Shown piece by piece: positions 53,337 through 64,000 of a stretch of 64,000 bases of DNA. The DNA lies in the NCBI RefSeq assembly GCF_044704955.1, contig NC_091979.1:119350001-119414000 (forward strand), written 5' to 3'. Position 1 is the stretch's first letter, and each line of letters opens with the position of its first letter. Made by a program: the position numbers and the translations under genes. Below the pieces are notes generated by a model. That model was not told the origin of the DNA. It made no database searches and saw nothing but the letters and a program-made list of their open reading frames with translations. This DNA comes from Pristiophorus japonicus. Lineage: Eukaryota.

Positions 53337-53940
53337 ATGACTGAGTTTGAAGAACGCAGTAGCTGCACCTCGAGTATGTATCTACCCAACTGCACGTACT
53401 ATGTTTCAGCCCCAGATTTCTCGTCAGTGTCAACGTTTTTACCGCAGACCACTTCTTGCCAAATGACATTTCCTTATTCCTCTAATTTAGCCCCGGTTCA
53501 ACCTGTCCGAGAAGTGTCGTTCAGAGATTACGGGTTAGAACATCCGACTAAGTGGCATTACAGGGGCAACTTTGCTCCTTATTGCTCTGCAGAAGAAATA
53601 ATGCATAGGGACTATATCCAGCCTCCGACCAGGACGGGAATGTTGTTTAAAAATGATACTGTATACAGTCAGCGTGGAAGCTCAAATCCATCTTGCAATT
53701 TCTACACCACAGTTGGCAGGAATGGAATACTTCCTCAAGGTTTTGATCAATTTTTTGATAGAGCCTATGGGATTTCTGACTCTTCTAATTATGAACAGTT
53801 GACCGAAAAGTCTTTGTCTACGTGCCAGGGTATCACAGCATCTGATAAAGTTTCTTCCGGCCAGGAGAAAGAAAGTACAATCGAAAAGAGCACCGTCGAG
53901 TCCTCCGGTAACAGTGCGGCCGAGAAAAGCAGCCTATCCA
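53337..53940 (+). CDS. hoxd11: HoxD11 exon 1
   Basis: [59 protein letters not shown]; donor A|GTAGGT. Confidence 0.96.
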
Positions 53941-54502
53941 GTAGGTGCAGTCGTAACGCGGGGTTAGGATACAGGGCCAACACATTTTGTCTCACAAATT
54001 TTATGTGAAATTTTATAAGCAGATGAAGGATTTTATATACCCTATAAGATCTGCTTTAAAGTTGTAAAGGTTGTTTACGATGGGAAATCAGTTTAGGTGG
54101 GCTTTTTGAATATGCCAAAGCACGAATAGTCGATTTTAACTTTCTGCGATGATTTCAGTAATGTCATTGCAATTTGATGGAAGGGTATTTCCGTTTCTAT
54201 TCATTGCAAATACTTTTCGTTCATACCAACAAGGCAAGATTTAATTGATGTTTTATTCTGCTGTTGTTGCTTTCAATATGTATATAAACAAAACAAACTT
54301 AGTAATAGAAAATGCATTCAAATGTATTCATTAAAACATTTTATTAAGCAATAAATAGTGCTATCAGGGTATATTAGAAGAGTCAATCCTGAATTTTTTT
54401 TTGCATCATTTCACGTTTAGTTTAACTAAATACAAGAAATTAAGAAGACATCTGTTGATACATGATAATGTGTAACAATATCTTTTAACATATTTCCATC
54501 AG

Positions 54503-54735
54503 CTGCTCTGCGATCCAGAAAGAAAAGATGTCCTTACACCAAATATCAAATCCGGGAACTTGAACGAGAGTTTTTCTTCAATGTTTACATAAACAAAGAA
54601 AAACGCCTGCAGTTGTCGAGAATGTTAAACCTCACCGACCGACAAGTCAAAATTTGGTTCCAGAATCGAAGAATGAAAGAAAAGAAACTTAGCAGAGACC
54701 GTCTGCACTTTTTTACTGGTAACCCTTTATTGTGA
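54503..54735 (+). CDS. hoxd11: HoxD11 exon 2 (homeodomain); joined CDS encodes 278 aa
   Basis: Manually translated: [76 protein letters not shown]. Confidence 0.97.
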
Positions 54736-55370
54736 CTATGATACAGCTCACTCTGATGGACTCTCTTCGACCACCCCTCCATTGCCTTAGTCAATATTTA
54801 TTTACACAAGGAGGGACTGCAAGAATTAGGGAACAGTTTTGCTGTTCTTATGTGGAAACCAGACTGTCCTCATTACGATTGACGAAGAATCAGATTTAAG
54901 GTGACACGGTTGTACAGGAAACATGGGCGTAATGTTTATCAAGGAACATTTTTACCTCAGCCTTTGTGTTATTCAATTCCAACGGAAGAGGTTTGATTCT
55001 ACGAGATATTCAGGGCAAAAAGGAGCAGTGTGCTCATTTAAACAATAAACCGGGGTAATAGAGGGCTGAAATGGAACAATCGTTCGTTCACAGCGACGGG
55101 TCAATCAGATAATATAGTATTTTCTTTTGTTGTTTTTAGTCAATGAATAGCCAAACTAACCAGAATTGTTCAAGTTGTGTGTATTCTTATGAAAAGAAGA
55201 AATGCATATTTATTATTTTACTTATTCCATTGTATTTCATCAGTTAACTGTAACATACCGTAGCTAGAGATGTCTAAAGCTGGTCTAATGTTAATTATTC
55301 TGTTTTAAGGTTACAAGCTAGTTGACATTTCATGGTAAACACGTGCGGTAGAATGTGTTTTACTCAAATC

Positions 55371-55376
55371 AATAAA
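55371..55376 (+). terminator. Candidate HoxD11 polyadenylation signal
   Basis: AATAAA ~640 nt after the stop codon. Confidence 0.4.
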
Positions 55377-55537
55377 AGCCTTATATGAAATCTTGTAAAT
55401 ACATTTAAAAAAAGACTATTTGAGTTTATTTTAGCAGACTTTGATACAGATACAGAATGTCACCAATTGCTTCAAATGATATAAATATTGTTGATCTCTG
55501 AAATACAATGAAAAGCAAACATTGCAGTTTACTTTAC

Positions 55538-55615
55538 AAAAGGCAAAATACTGCGGATGCTGGAAATCTGAAATATAGCAGATGCTGAGCATTTCCAGAA
55601 TTTTTTGTTTATATT
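55538..55615. mobile_element. Internally deleted short shark repeat (Penelope pLTR-like)
   Basis: GCAAAATACTGCGGATGCTGGAAATCTGAAATA..TGCTGAGCATTTCCAGAATTTTTTG resembles the two ends of a recalled abundant shark repeat. Confidence 0.5.
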
Positions 55616-56039
55616 GCATTTTACTGACCCTGGCTCATGTATTGCGCGTCTTCACGATTTAAGAAATAGTTTTTAGTGTATTCAAGTACAAAAAGAACGC
55701 ATCCAAGTGCATTTGAAAAGGAAAAGCAGAATATTGGCCTGATGTTTTGCCTATAAACATGATAGCTAATTGCAATCTGCTTTTTACATATTTGAATTAA
55801 ATATATTTATATCCGAAAATTAATTGATGAATCTATTTCGATTGTATTGTAAGAACAAAAATGGTAACGTATATTCAAAAATAAACTGAACTCCGGCGAT
55901 GCAATAAATAAGAGGAACACTTATTTATAAATAAAATGACAACTTGAAGCTCACCTCAGTGTCTCTGTAACACAGCAAATAAGGCCTATCAAAACTCTTA
56001 CGTTTCTTTTCGAAAAAGAATTGCCAAATTTCCGTGCCG

Positions 56040-56500
56040 CATGACATAGCATTGCTGTTTACAAAACCTTGAACTGTCTAGACAACATCGTAAAGTTCAC
56101 TGCTCTAATCAACTTAATGGCGACTTATTACACCTTCCAGTCATTAAGAAAGGCTTCCGCACTATACACCAAACAAAAGAATCGAGGGAAATCAAAGTAA
56201 ATAGAACTGACGAGAAGATTTAAAAAGGGAAAAAAACACGAAGTCAATTAAATTTATAACGTCTTACATTTGAAAAACGAAAAAAAAATCTGGATCTCAC
56301 ATAAATTACATCAAACAAATCTGTTTAACTTAATGAAGACCAGGATGATACTGAAAAAGTAGCATCGCCTCGTGAGCACACTAAAGTATATTTTGTAAAG
56401 AGAATTTTTATAATGTTGCCTTTGAACTTCTATAATGTCAAGGTCATCACATTTAACCTCTTTGAAGACATAGGCGCCTGGTGGCTGTTGGGTTGTTCTT
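56040..56500. promoter_or_regulatory. Candidate regions VIII/IX 3' of HoxD11
   Basis: TGTTTACAAAACCTTGAACTGTCTAGACAACATCGTAAAGTTCA (~56057-56100) and TTTGAACTTCTATAATGTCAAGGTCATCACATTTAACCT (~56421-56459): nuclear-receptor half-sites where mouse RVIII/RIX lie. Confidence 0.55.
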
Positions 56501-59263
56501 GCAGCTTCCCTCCTAAAGTAAAACAGAAACGTTAACATCTAGAACATGCTACTAAAGTGCACATGCTTAAGGACACATTCAGTCAAATGTGAAAAATGGC
56601 CCTTCCTTAAAATGTCTCTATTTTATCTGAGTATTTGTGCTTTTCAAAAATGTAATTCAACAATAATTTCCAAAATCTTTTTGCACAACATAAATAAATA
56701 CGAACACTCCTTTGTGCTTATAGGAAACACATCTTTCCATGGAGGTTATTCACATACGAGCTGAACTAGTCAAAAATGTTCATCAAATGTTCATACACGA
56801 TAACAATCGCCCACGAGTGTCTCGGTTTCCGTGGAAATGGGGGAAAATGTAATTTACGACTCAATGGTTAACATTTCCAATGCAAATCTGACCGTTCGAC
56901 TTTCGCTGTATCCTTGTAACGCACAATTCTGATCTAAGAACGATTTCACTGTTTGCATATCTTACTTTAATTACCCCTAACATATATAATTTGATTAGGC
57001 TCGTTAAAACTGTGACAAAACAGCAAGAAGAGTTTACAGTGACACTCTAAACATTGCCAGCGATGGTTGATTCTGCAAACAGCCACACGGCGGCGCACTG
57101 CAGCTCCACGGCCCAGCCCAACCCAGCAACTGAGATCTGTGGTAATGGCTTTCAGGGATGAACATGAAATTAACTGAAATAATGTAAGTCGTACGAACGA
57201 TAAAGTCCTCATTGTTGCGGTCATATACCTGAAACATCATGTCGAAGTATGAAATTAAATAGGATACTAATGATTTAAATACAAGACAGCTCATTGCACA
57301 CGTAAGTTCATTTGGATTATTGCTCGCTTCAAAGATTACGGCGTTACTTTCTTGTCGTAATAAGTCCAAAATAAATTTTAAAAATTACTTTCCAATGACG
57401 TTAGTTGGAGAGATTTGATAGACTTTACTCAGTATATTCGCTTAAGCATATTGATCGGATGTGTTGGGTGCAGAATATACGAAGTTACAAAGTAATGTGG
57501 CCGAAACAAAGGTTTTGTAACGTACAACACAGAAGTCAATCAGACTTGGTGTATTATTTCTTCAACAATCCAAATAACATTGTGGACGTGTAAACTAAAT
57601 TGTCGTTAATTTGCAAAACTATGTTAAATAATTTAACAATAGGTGGAAATTGCAACATCAAAGAGCCAACGTTGAGAAAAATGCTAAATAGCTATATTCA
57701 CATCCTGGCGTTATGATCTGCTTAAGTAGCAGCACAATATCTGAATCAGTCCGTTCTAAGTACTACTTTCTGCTTACAGATTCACCGAATCCAGCCAGAT
57801 TTAACACGATAATGAAATGAAGTGTTGAACAGTCAAATAATATTTCAGGCTCTACATTTCACCTCGATAATGTTTAACCACTGTTTCGTTGTTTAAATAA
57901 CACCGTTTACATCGTTTTTGCCTGTTAAATTCCTGCGTCCTTATGTAGGTGAAAAAAAATGTTATAAGAAATATTTCCTTTGGCGAGTTAAATCAATTAA
58001 CTACTGCATTTTGTCAAAGAGAATAGAAACAAGGGATATTTAACGGCAATGTTCTGTGAACCATTCAACGATACAACCCGCTGGACATACTTAACGTGTG
58101 GAACTTTCATCTTTTTACGAGAAATGGTTTCAGAAATGTGTAATGTTATATTATATGCAGGGAGATAAGCTTTAATCTGTTGCTGCAAAACAGAATTAGT
58201 AGACATTTGCAACATATTTCTTATCAGCCTAAAGCGACTGGTCATAGTAAACGACACGAATACCCGCTCCAACTTCACGGATGTTGTGTGTTAATTGGGC
58301 CGTTTTGTTTTAATTTCCTACTTACCCTAAAGAAGATTTAAGAACATAAGCTCATTGCCTGGAAGTGTTTCACTTTCTCTCAGGCTGGCGTATTTATTCT
58401 TCCCAGCCATCCTCTCTTCAGTTCCGTACACTTTAATCGAATTGTGCTGGGAAAAAATTTTTTTGGTCTTGTAGAATATTTTTTTATGTTTAAAAGGCAA
58501 AAACTGTTTTGAAAGAGTTAATTTTTCCTGCCTATTTATTTTACAAGATGATAATATTATTGCATTATTTTTACTGAGATAAAACGCAGCCACAGATGCA
58601 GGGCCGCATATAATTTAAAATAAAGGAAGGCTAATATTCCTATACGTGTAATTGCTAACTGATACCCGTGATCGTTTACTGATAGCAAAGATCACAGCAG
58701 TTTATTTAATGTGACAAGGAGTGAAGTGATTTAAATATGTTGGACTCTGTTGCTAGTAATTTGCAATTTGTAGCAAGGCATAATGAAAGCGGCGGTCGTG
58801 TACACTATAATTCGGCTTTCACTCACAATTTAACTGAAAACGATCAGTGACTAAAAATATTTCCGAAGTATCTACAGGTGGTAACATTAAAGCAAAGTTT
58901 TGTTATAGACAACTGTGGTGACAAACAGAGTTAGGCTGACGAAAGTACACTTTAACCGGATGTTTATGGAATATTCAGACAGGAAGAGATGTTTCATTCA
59001 ATCTTTTCTACATTTATCTGATAAACTATCAATAAAAGCGCAGGCCGAAACTGATGACACACCCTTTATGTTAATAACCTTTAATTTAGAGATCTAAATG
59101 TGTCAAAATGCTCAAACAAAATTCAAGGTGAAAGTGAAGGATACAAGTGGCTGACGGTTTTAGGGTCACAAGACCATACCAGTTTAGGCTAGTGGGAAAT
59201 TGAAAAGGAGAATTGTGAGCCTCCAGCAAAGCATAGAGACAACAGCATGGTTAATGTTACAAG

Positions 59264-59353
59264 AAGCCACTTCAACATTCTCGTCTGCATGTATTGCTTA
59301 TTTACACACCAGCTTGACATTGATTGTATCAATATGTTTATTAAAACCAATGA
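59264..59353 (+). repeat. 90-bp inverted repeat, left arm
   Basis: Reverse complement of 60151-60240 with 6 mismatches. Confidence 0.95.
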
Positions 59354-60150
59354 ACATTGTTTTCTGTCTTAACACTTGCAGTGACATGACAGTGATTTAA
59401 AATTGTTCCACCAAAATTTTTAAAGAAATTGACAAATGTCCTTTCCATTATTTTGTCTAATTTTGAAAATTGTTGTTAGTGGTGGTGTTTGTATATGGGT
59501 TAAGCAGAAATGTTGCCTCATGTTATATTGTAAATCGCTGCAAATGTAACACTATTGCCTTCGTGTTTCAGTTTAAGTCTAATATTGATTAAGCTTCCCT
59601 TATATAAAATCCTTCCAGCAAATCACATTCCACATTGGCACTTTAAAATATTACGAGGTTTTAATTAAGCTCCATCATTAGAACTAATTTAAGGAGGATT
59701 CTATGTAACATTTCTCTCATAAACAGCTTATAACTACGTTATTAAACAGTAAAGTATCGTTCGGAGACTAATCAGTCAGCCCACTTTCTAGTTGCTATTA
59801 ATACAAGCTTTCCTTTGCTAAAACTTGGCTCTGCGTGAGTTGAGTGTACCCTGATGATAACTGTGTTTGATATTGTAATCTTCTCCTCTGCATACCAGGA
59901 CACTTTATAGTTCAAAGATTTCATAGCTGTTAATTCTAGTGTGTCTGCAGTCGTAATATTTTATGACTTTTTTTGTCATACCAGGGATCTTATGATACAG
60001 GTTTACAGACATAATTTTATTTGAGTACATCGAAATGAACAATTATAGTATTTCATACAGAACCTCTTGATACAATTCAGTTATGTTGTTTACTTGACAT
60101 GCAATTTTTAGCGATTGGTGCAGTGAAATCTGAAAGGGTGGTTAATACTA

Positions 60151-60240
60151 TCATTGGTTTTAATAAACATATTGATACAATCAACGTCAAGCTGGTGAGT
60201 GAATAAGCAATAAATGTAGACGAGAATGTTAAAGTGGCTT
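60151..60240 (-). repeat. 90-bp inverted repeat, right arm
   Basis: Reverse complement of 59264-59353. Confidence 0.95.
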
Positions 60241-63200
60241 AGTAAATGTACCAAGTTTCCTGCATAGCAATTTACAATTAATAAATATATACATAAATAC
60301 AAATGTGCTGCGGTTATGCCCCCCTACATAATATTACGGTAATTAATGCTGTTTGTCTTCAACCTAGCCGGTACAATGCGAGGGGAAATAACTGGTACTA
60401 ATAAATGGCCGGCTACTGAGCAGTGAAATGCTTTGTATGGAATGAAAAAAGAAAGACTTCATGGTGAAAACACTTTTGAGCTATGCGTGGCCTATTCTAA
60501 GATCAAGGCATCTCGTCTTTCGAAGGTTATTTAATTTTTGAGATCGCAATTTGTATATAAATACCAGTTTTGCATTGTGTAGGCCACACGGCGCTGCGAC
60601 TTCTCTCGTTCAAGGCCGCAAGAAGCATCTGTTGTCTGAAATAGTGCAGCGTCGGTTCTTGCCTGTAGTACTTCCAAATTCACTACGGCTAGATTATTTA
60701 CTTCTGGTCGCTTACAAGCAAAGTCACAGTCGGTTTGATTTTGTTCACCATGTATCTGAATATTGTTTATAATATGAGGAGGCGCTGTGCAATAAAAAGC
60801 ACACGGTTGGCTCTTGTTCAACAATTCATTGCTTATACACGCAAACCATAGCGATTAGCCTATTACTTATAACAGTTATTTAAGTATCATATTAATCCAG
60901 GTATAGTCGTGCTATCTACATGTGTTTATTGAAAGGTTTCCATTATTAATAGTAAAACAGTATTGGTGGATTGTGTTTTATTTTACTGGGGTATAAACTA
61001 CATTCATGTCTAGGTTGAGCAGACTTTAAGGTTTGCGGCTGTTGCGGATTGTCGACAGAGGAAATAATAAAGAAGAAGACATGAACAGAACGTTGCATCG
61101 ATCTGCTTTTCTGTATTTTGCATGTATTCACTCATGCGTCCAGGGTTCCAAAATCCCAAGAAAAGCAAAATATTTCCCCTTTGTACTGTTACTCTTGCCC
61201 TTGCCTGAGAGACTGGTTTTACTTCAGAGCATGTCTACTCTCAATTGTAATTAAAGACGAAACGCTGAATACATTAATATGAACTTTATCAATAATGTAT
61301 GGCGGTCTTAATTGGACGCATTACTTGCTCCGTTATATCGCTTGTCTTTTTAGGTCATTTTTAAGAATGAGTAAAGTTATTTAGCACGGAAGGAAAAATA
61401 TTTTAAGAAGTTCAGAAACAATTCTAGTGCCTTTTGGAGCCCTTTGCTAAGATAGGTTTGGCTGTTAGGAACAGGATTGTGATATCTTTGGAGAAATATA
61501 AGCATTTTAGGATCCAAATAATTGCGTTTCTCTACAAATACTTATTAGAAGCAATATTTTGTATGGGTGAGATATGCTACACAACATCAAGACGTTGTGA
61601 ACGGAGTCAATTTCTGGCTTAGAATGACTGCAAACAAAGACCAACTATAAAACTTAAAATGCAGGGGCGTCGTAGAGCTAAGTGTAAAAATTTAGACTAC
61701 AAAATCTTATTAAATCACAAGTAAGGATTTGTAAATAAACAGTGACAAATTATCTCCTAAAAGGATTATATCCATTTACGTGTAACTTACACCTCCCACA
61801 AATATTTATACTTTTGTTAATATTCTGTTCATTTTCAATAGTTGTTGATTTTAAACGTTTCGTGCAAGACTAAAATTTACAATATTCTGAAACAATTTCC
61901 GAAGATTACAGTTACATTGCAAAAAAGATAGAAATGAGGCCACCATGGCAGCCTTGACCCTGACACTGTCGCCTTCTCAGTTCTTGGTGTTAAGTAGAAA
62001 ATCTCGTTAGTTTTGTGTGGATGCCAAATTGCTCCTCTATAGCTGATACCTGTCGTTAGTTGTATTTTCTTAAACCCTAGCGGGTTCTCCCAATGGCCGG
62101 GCGTGAACATGTGCTGTTAAATGGCAAATTGCCTCCGGATACTCAGAAAGTTCGGAAAATCACTTGGAATTGGTTGCAGCACAAGAATGCAATTCCATCA
62201 GCCAAGCTGAATCCTGCAAACAATAAGTACCACCACTGCTAGCGTTGGAAAGCGGGCGAACATGCCGTGTGCCTTTACGTTGTTTTTAACAATGTTTTGA
62301 CCATCGAGTGCGGAAACATTTCCGGCCTACTTTGGACAATGTTTCTATTGATTATCAACAGCGCAAGCACCCACCTGCAGCAGTGAGACGTGTTAGGAGC
62401 CCGACGTTAAGGGAGAGGTTTTAGGACAAGGTAATAAACTCTCAGCGCCAATAATGCTTATTACAGGTCAACCCCCTGAACTAATAGCAAGAATCGGAAA
62501 TGCGGTTCTTCCTCAGCCACAGTCTTAAATCCTGGAAGATGTCCGTGCAAATGTTCGAACGCAACAATGGTGTAAACGAGTGTGTTATATCAGCATCATT
62601 ATGTCTGCACTCTAACTACTGGAGATATTTTTGTAATGGAAAGAATAGGTGTTCAGGGCGTGAGGTAGCTTACAATAATTCAAAATGCGAACTCTGTTAT
62701 GGGCACTCGTAACGATCAATTTTACTCATGAAGATTGGGTTTATTGTACAATAAAAAAAACTCTTACGTATTTGCAGCGGTAACATATATAATTTAGTTC
62801 TATAAGAGCAAGACATTTACAAATGAATACCGATACGTGTGCAACATTTAGATTCCTCCATTCATTCATTTCATAAAACATTTGTTTTAGATCAAAACAA
62901 AATGCATGGCCCGGCTGGTTATCCACGTAAATGACGTAATGTGTAGAATGGACACAATGGATTGCCCCCTCGAAGCGCTGGGATTCCCGAAACTAGAAAG
63001 ATATTCCAAATCATAAACCTGCTCTGCATTCGTTTCATTTCACCGACGTTTTCTACAATATCAATAATTACATTTACAATTCCCGATGGTCAGACATTGC
63101 AGCAATTTGTTTTTTCTTCGATGTATTTCCGTTTTGTTTTATTAAAAAAGCTTGTGGCATTTTAGTAAACAGAATAAATATCGAGTGCGAATTATTTTCC

Positions 63201-63409
63201 CGTTGATGACTGGGATGAGCTTAAACAGCATAAACTGTGAATGTGTTGGAAGGGTTTGAGCCGGGGTCGGTGCGAGGATTGAAATGAGCTGGAGCGGCCG
63301 CCACTTTGCAATTGGTGGTGTAGGTGTCGCTGTTGTCCACAGTTAAGCTCAAATTCAACGGACTGCGAATCATGTGATGTGCGGGAGGTAGTGCTTCAAG
63401 GCCATTTTC

Positions 63410-63532
63410 AAATTCCATTGGCTCAGTAGTCATGTGGTTGTACAGAGGCATCCACAATTACACAGGGAATGTTTTGTTAGAGATGTCAGCTTACAAAGGA
63501 CATCATCTGCCTTCTTCAAAATACTCTCCAAA
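63410..63532 (+). promoter_or_regulatory. HoxD10 proximal promoter/5'UTR
   Basis: CCATTGGC, GTCATGTGG, CCACAATTACAC, GAGATGTCAGC..CAAAGGACA directly upstream of the ATG; resembles the conserved group-10 leader. Confidence 0.6.
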
Positions 63533-64000
63533 ATGTCCTGCCCCAACAGCTCTCCTGCTACTAACTCGTTTTTAGTCGATTCCCTGATTAGTGCTTGTAG
63601 AGGTGACAGCTTCTATTCAAACAGCTCCATGTACATGCCATCGAGCACGGATATGGGAACTTACGGAATGCAGACCTGTGGACTGCTCCCTACCATGACT
63701 AAACGAGGAGAGGTTAGCCATCAAAATATGAGCATGAGCGTTCATCCGTATTTATCTCAGGTAGATGGCTGGGCTGACCCTTCGAGACCATGCCGAATTG
63801 AACAACCTGTTACTCCACAGATGCCCACGTGCTCCTTTCCTGCTAGCATAAAGGAAGAAAGCACTTGCTGCATGTATAATTCCGATAAACGGGCCAAACT
63901 CAATCCTACAACAATTCCCGCCTATCCCAGGCTGATTTCCGAAACCTGTTCCATTGAGAATCCTGAGATTCCCATCCCGGGATATTTCAGACTCTGTCAG
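63533..64000 (+). CDS. hoxd10: HoxD10 exon 1 (truncated by window end)
   Basis: Manually translated: [76 protein letters not shown]; open to 64000. Confidence 0.96.
   Translation, partial: MSCPNSSPATNSFLVDSLISACRGDSFYSNSSMYMPSSTDMGTYGMQTCGLLPTMTKRGEVSHQNMSMSVHPYLSQVDGWADPSRPCRIEQPVTPQMPTCSFPASIKEESTCCMYNSDKRAKLNPTTIPAYPRLISETCSIENPEIPIPGYFRLCQ

Noticed and set aside
54736-63532. microRNA hairpin (miR-196/miR-10) between Hox genes
   Set aside because: No mature miR-196 or miR-10 sequence seen; neither is expected in this interval of HoxD.
1-64000. Prokaryotic systems (CRISPR arrays, operons, tRNA/rRNA genes)
   Set aside because: The sequence is a spliced vertebrate locus; no regularly spaced repeats or structural RNA genes were recognised.

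Overview
This is vertebrate DNA, almost certainly from an elasmobranch (shark), covering the posterior end of the HoxD cluster. The left ~12.5 kb is transposon-dense and lies in an intron of lunapark (lnpk, minus strand; a short first coding exon MGVMLSCWR at 11775-11801 and a likely promoter/5' exon near 13 kb). It holds the 3' end of an LTR element with a decayed fusion-protein-like env gene, three CR1 LINE fragments, a two-LTR Gypsy element with a 5-bp TSD, and a SINE. The rest is almost repeat-free and carries Evx2 (minus), then HoxD14 (intact, 3 exons), HoxD13, HoxD12, HoxD11 and the start of HoxD10 (all plus). The most unusual item is the env at 1-1393, whose architecture looks Mononegavirales-F/lokiretrovirus-like rather than like a classical retroviral env. 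Also notable: N-blocks that sit within apparent conserved enhancers, a very short lnpk-Evx2 interval, divergent CTCF-like motifs, recurring NR6A1/NR5A-type sites, a 90-bp inverted duplication and a 72-bp direct duplication. Everything was read by eye; family and enhancer names rest on recalled similarity, not on searches.
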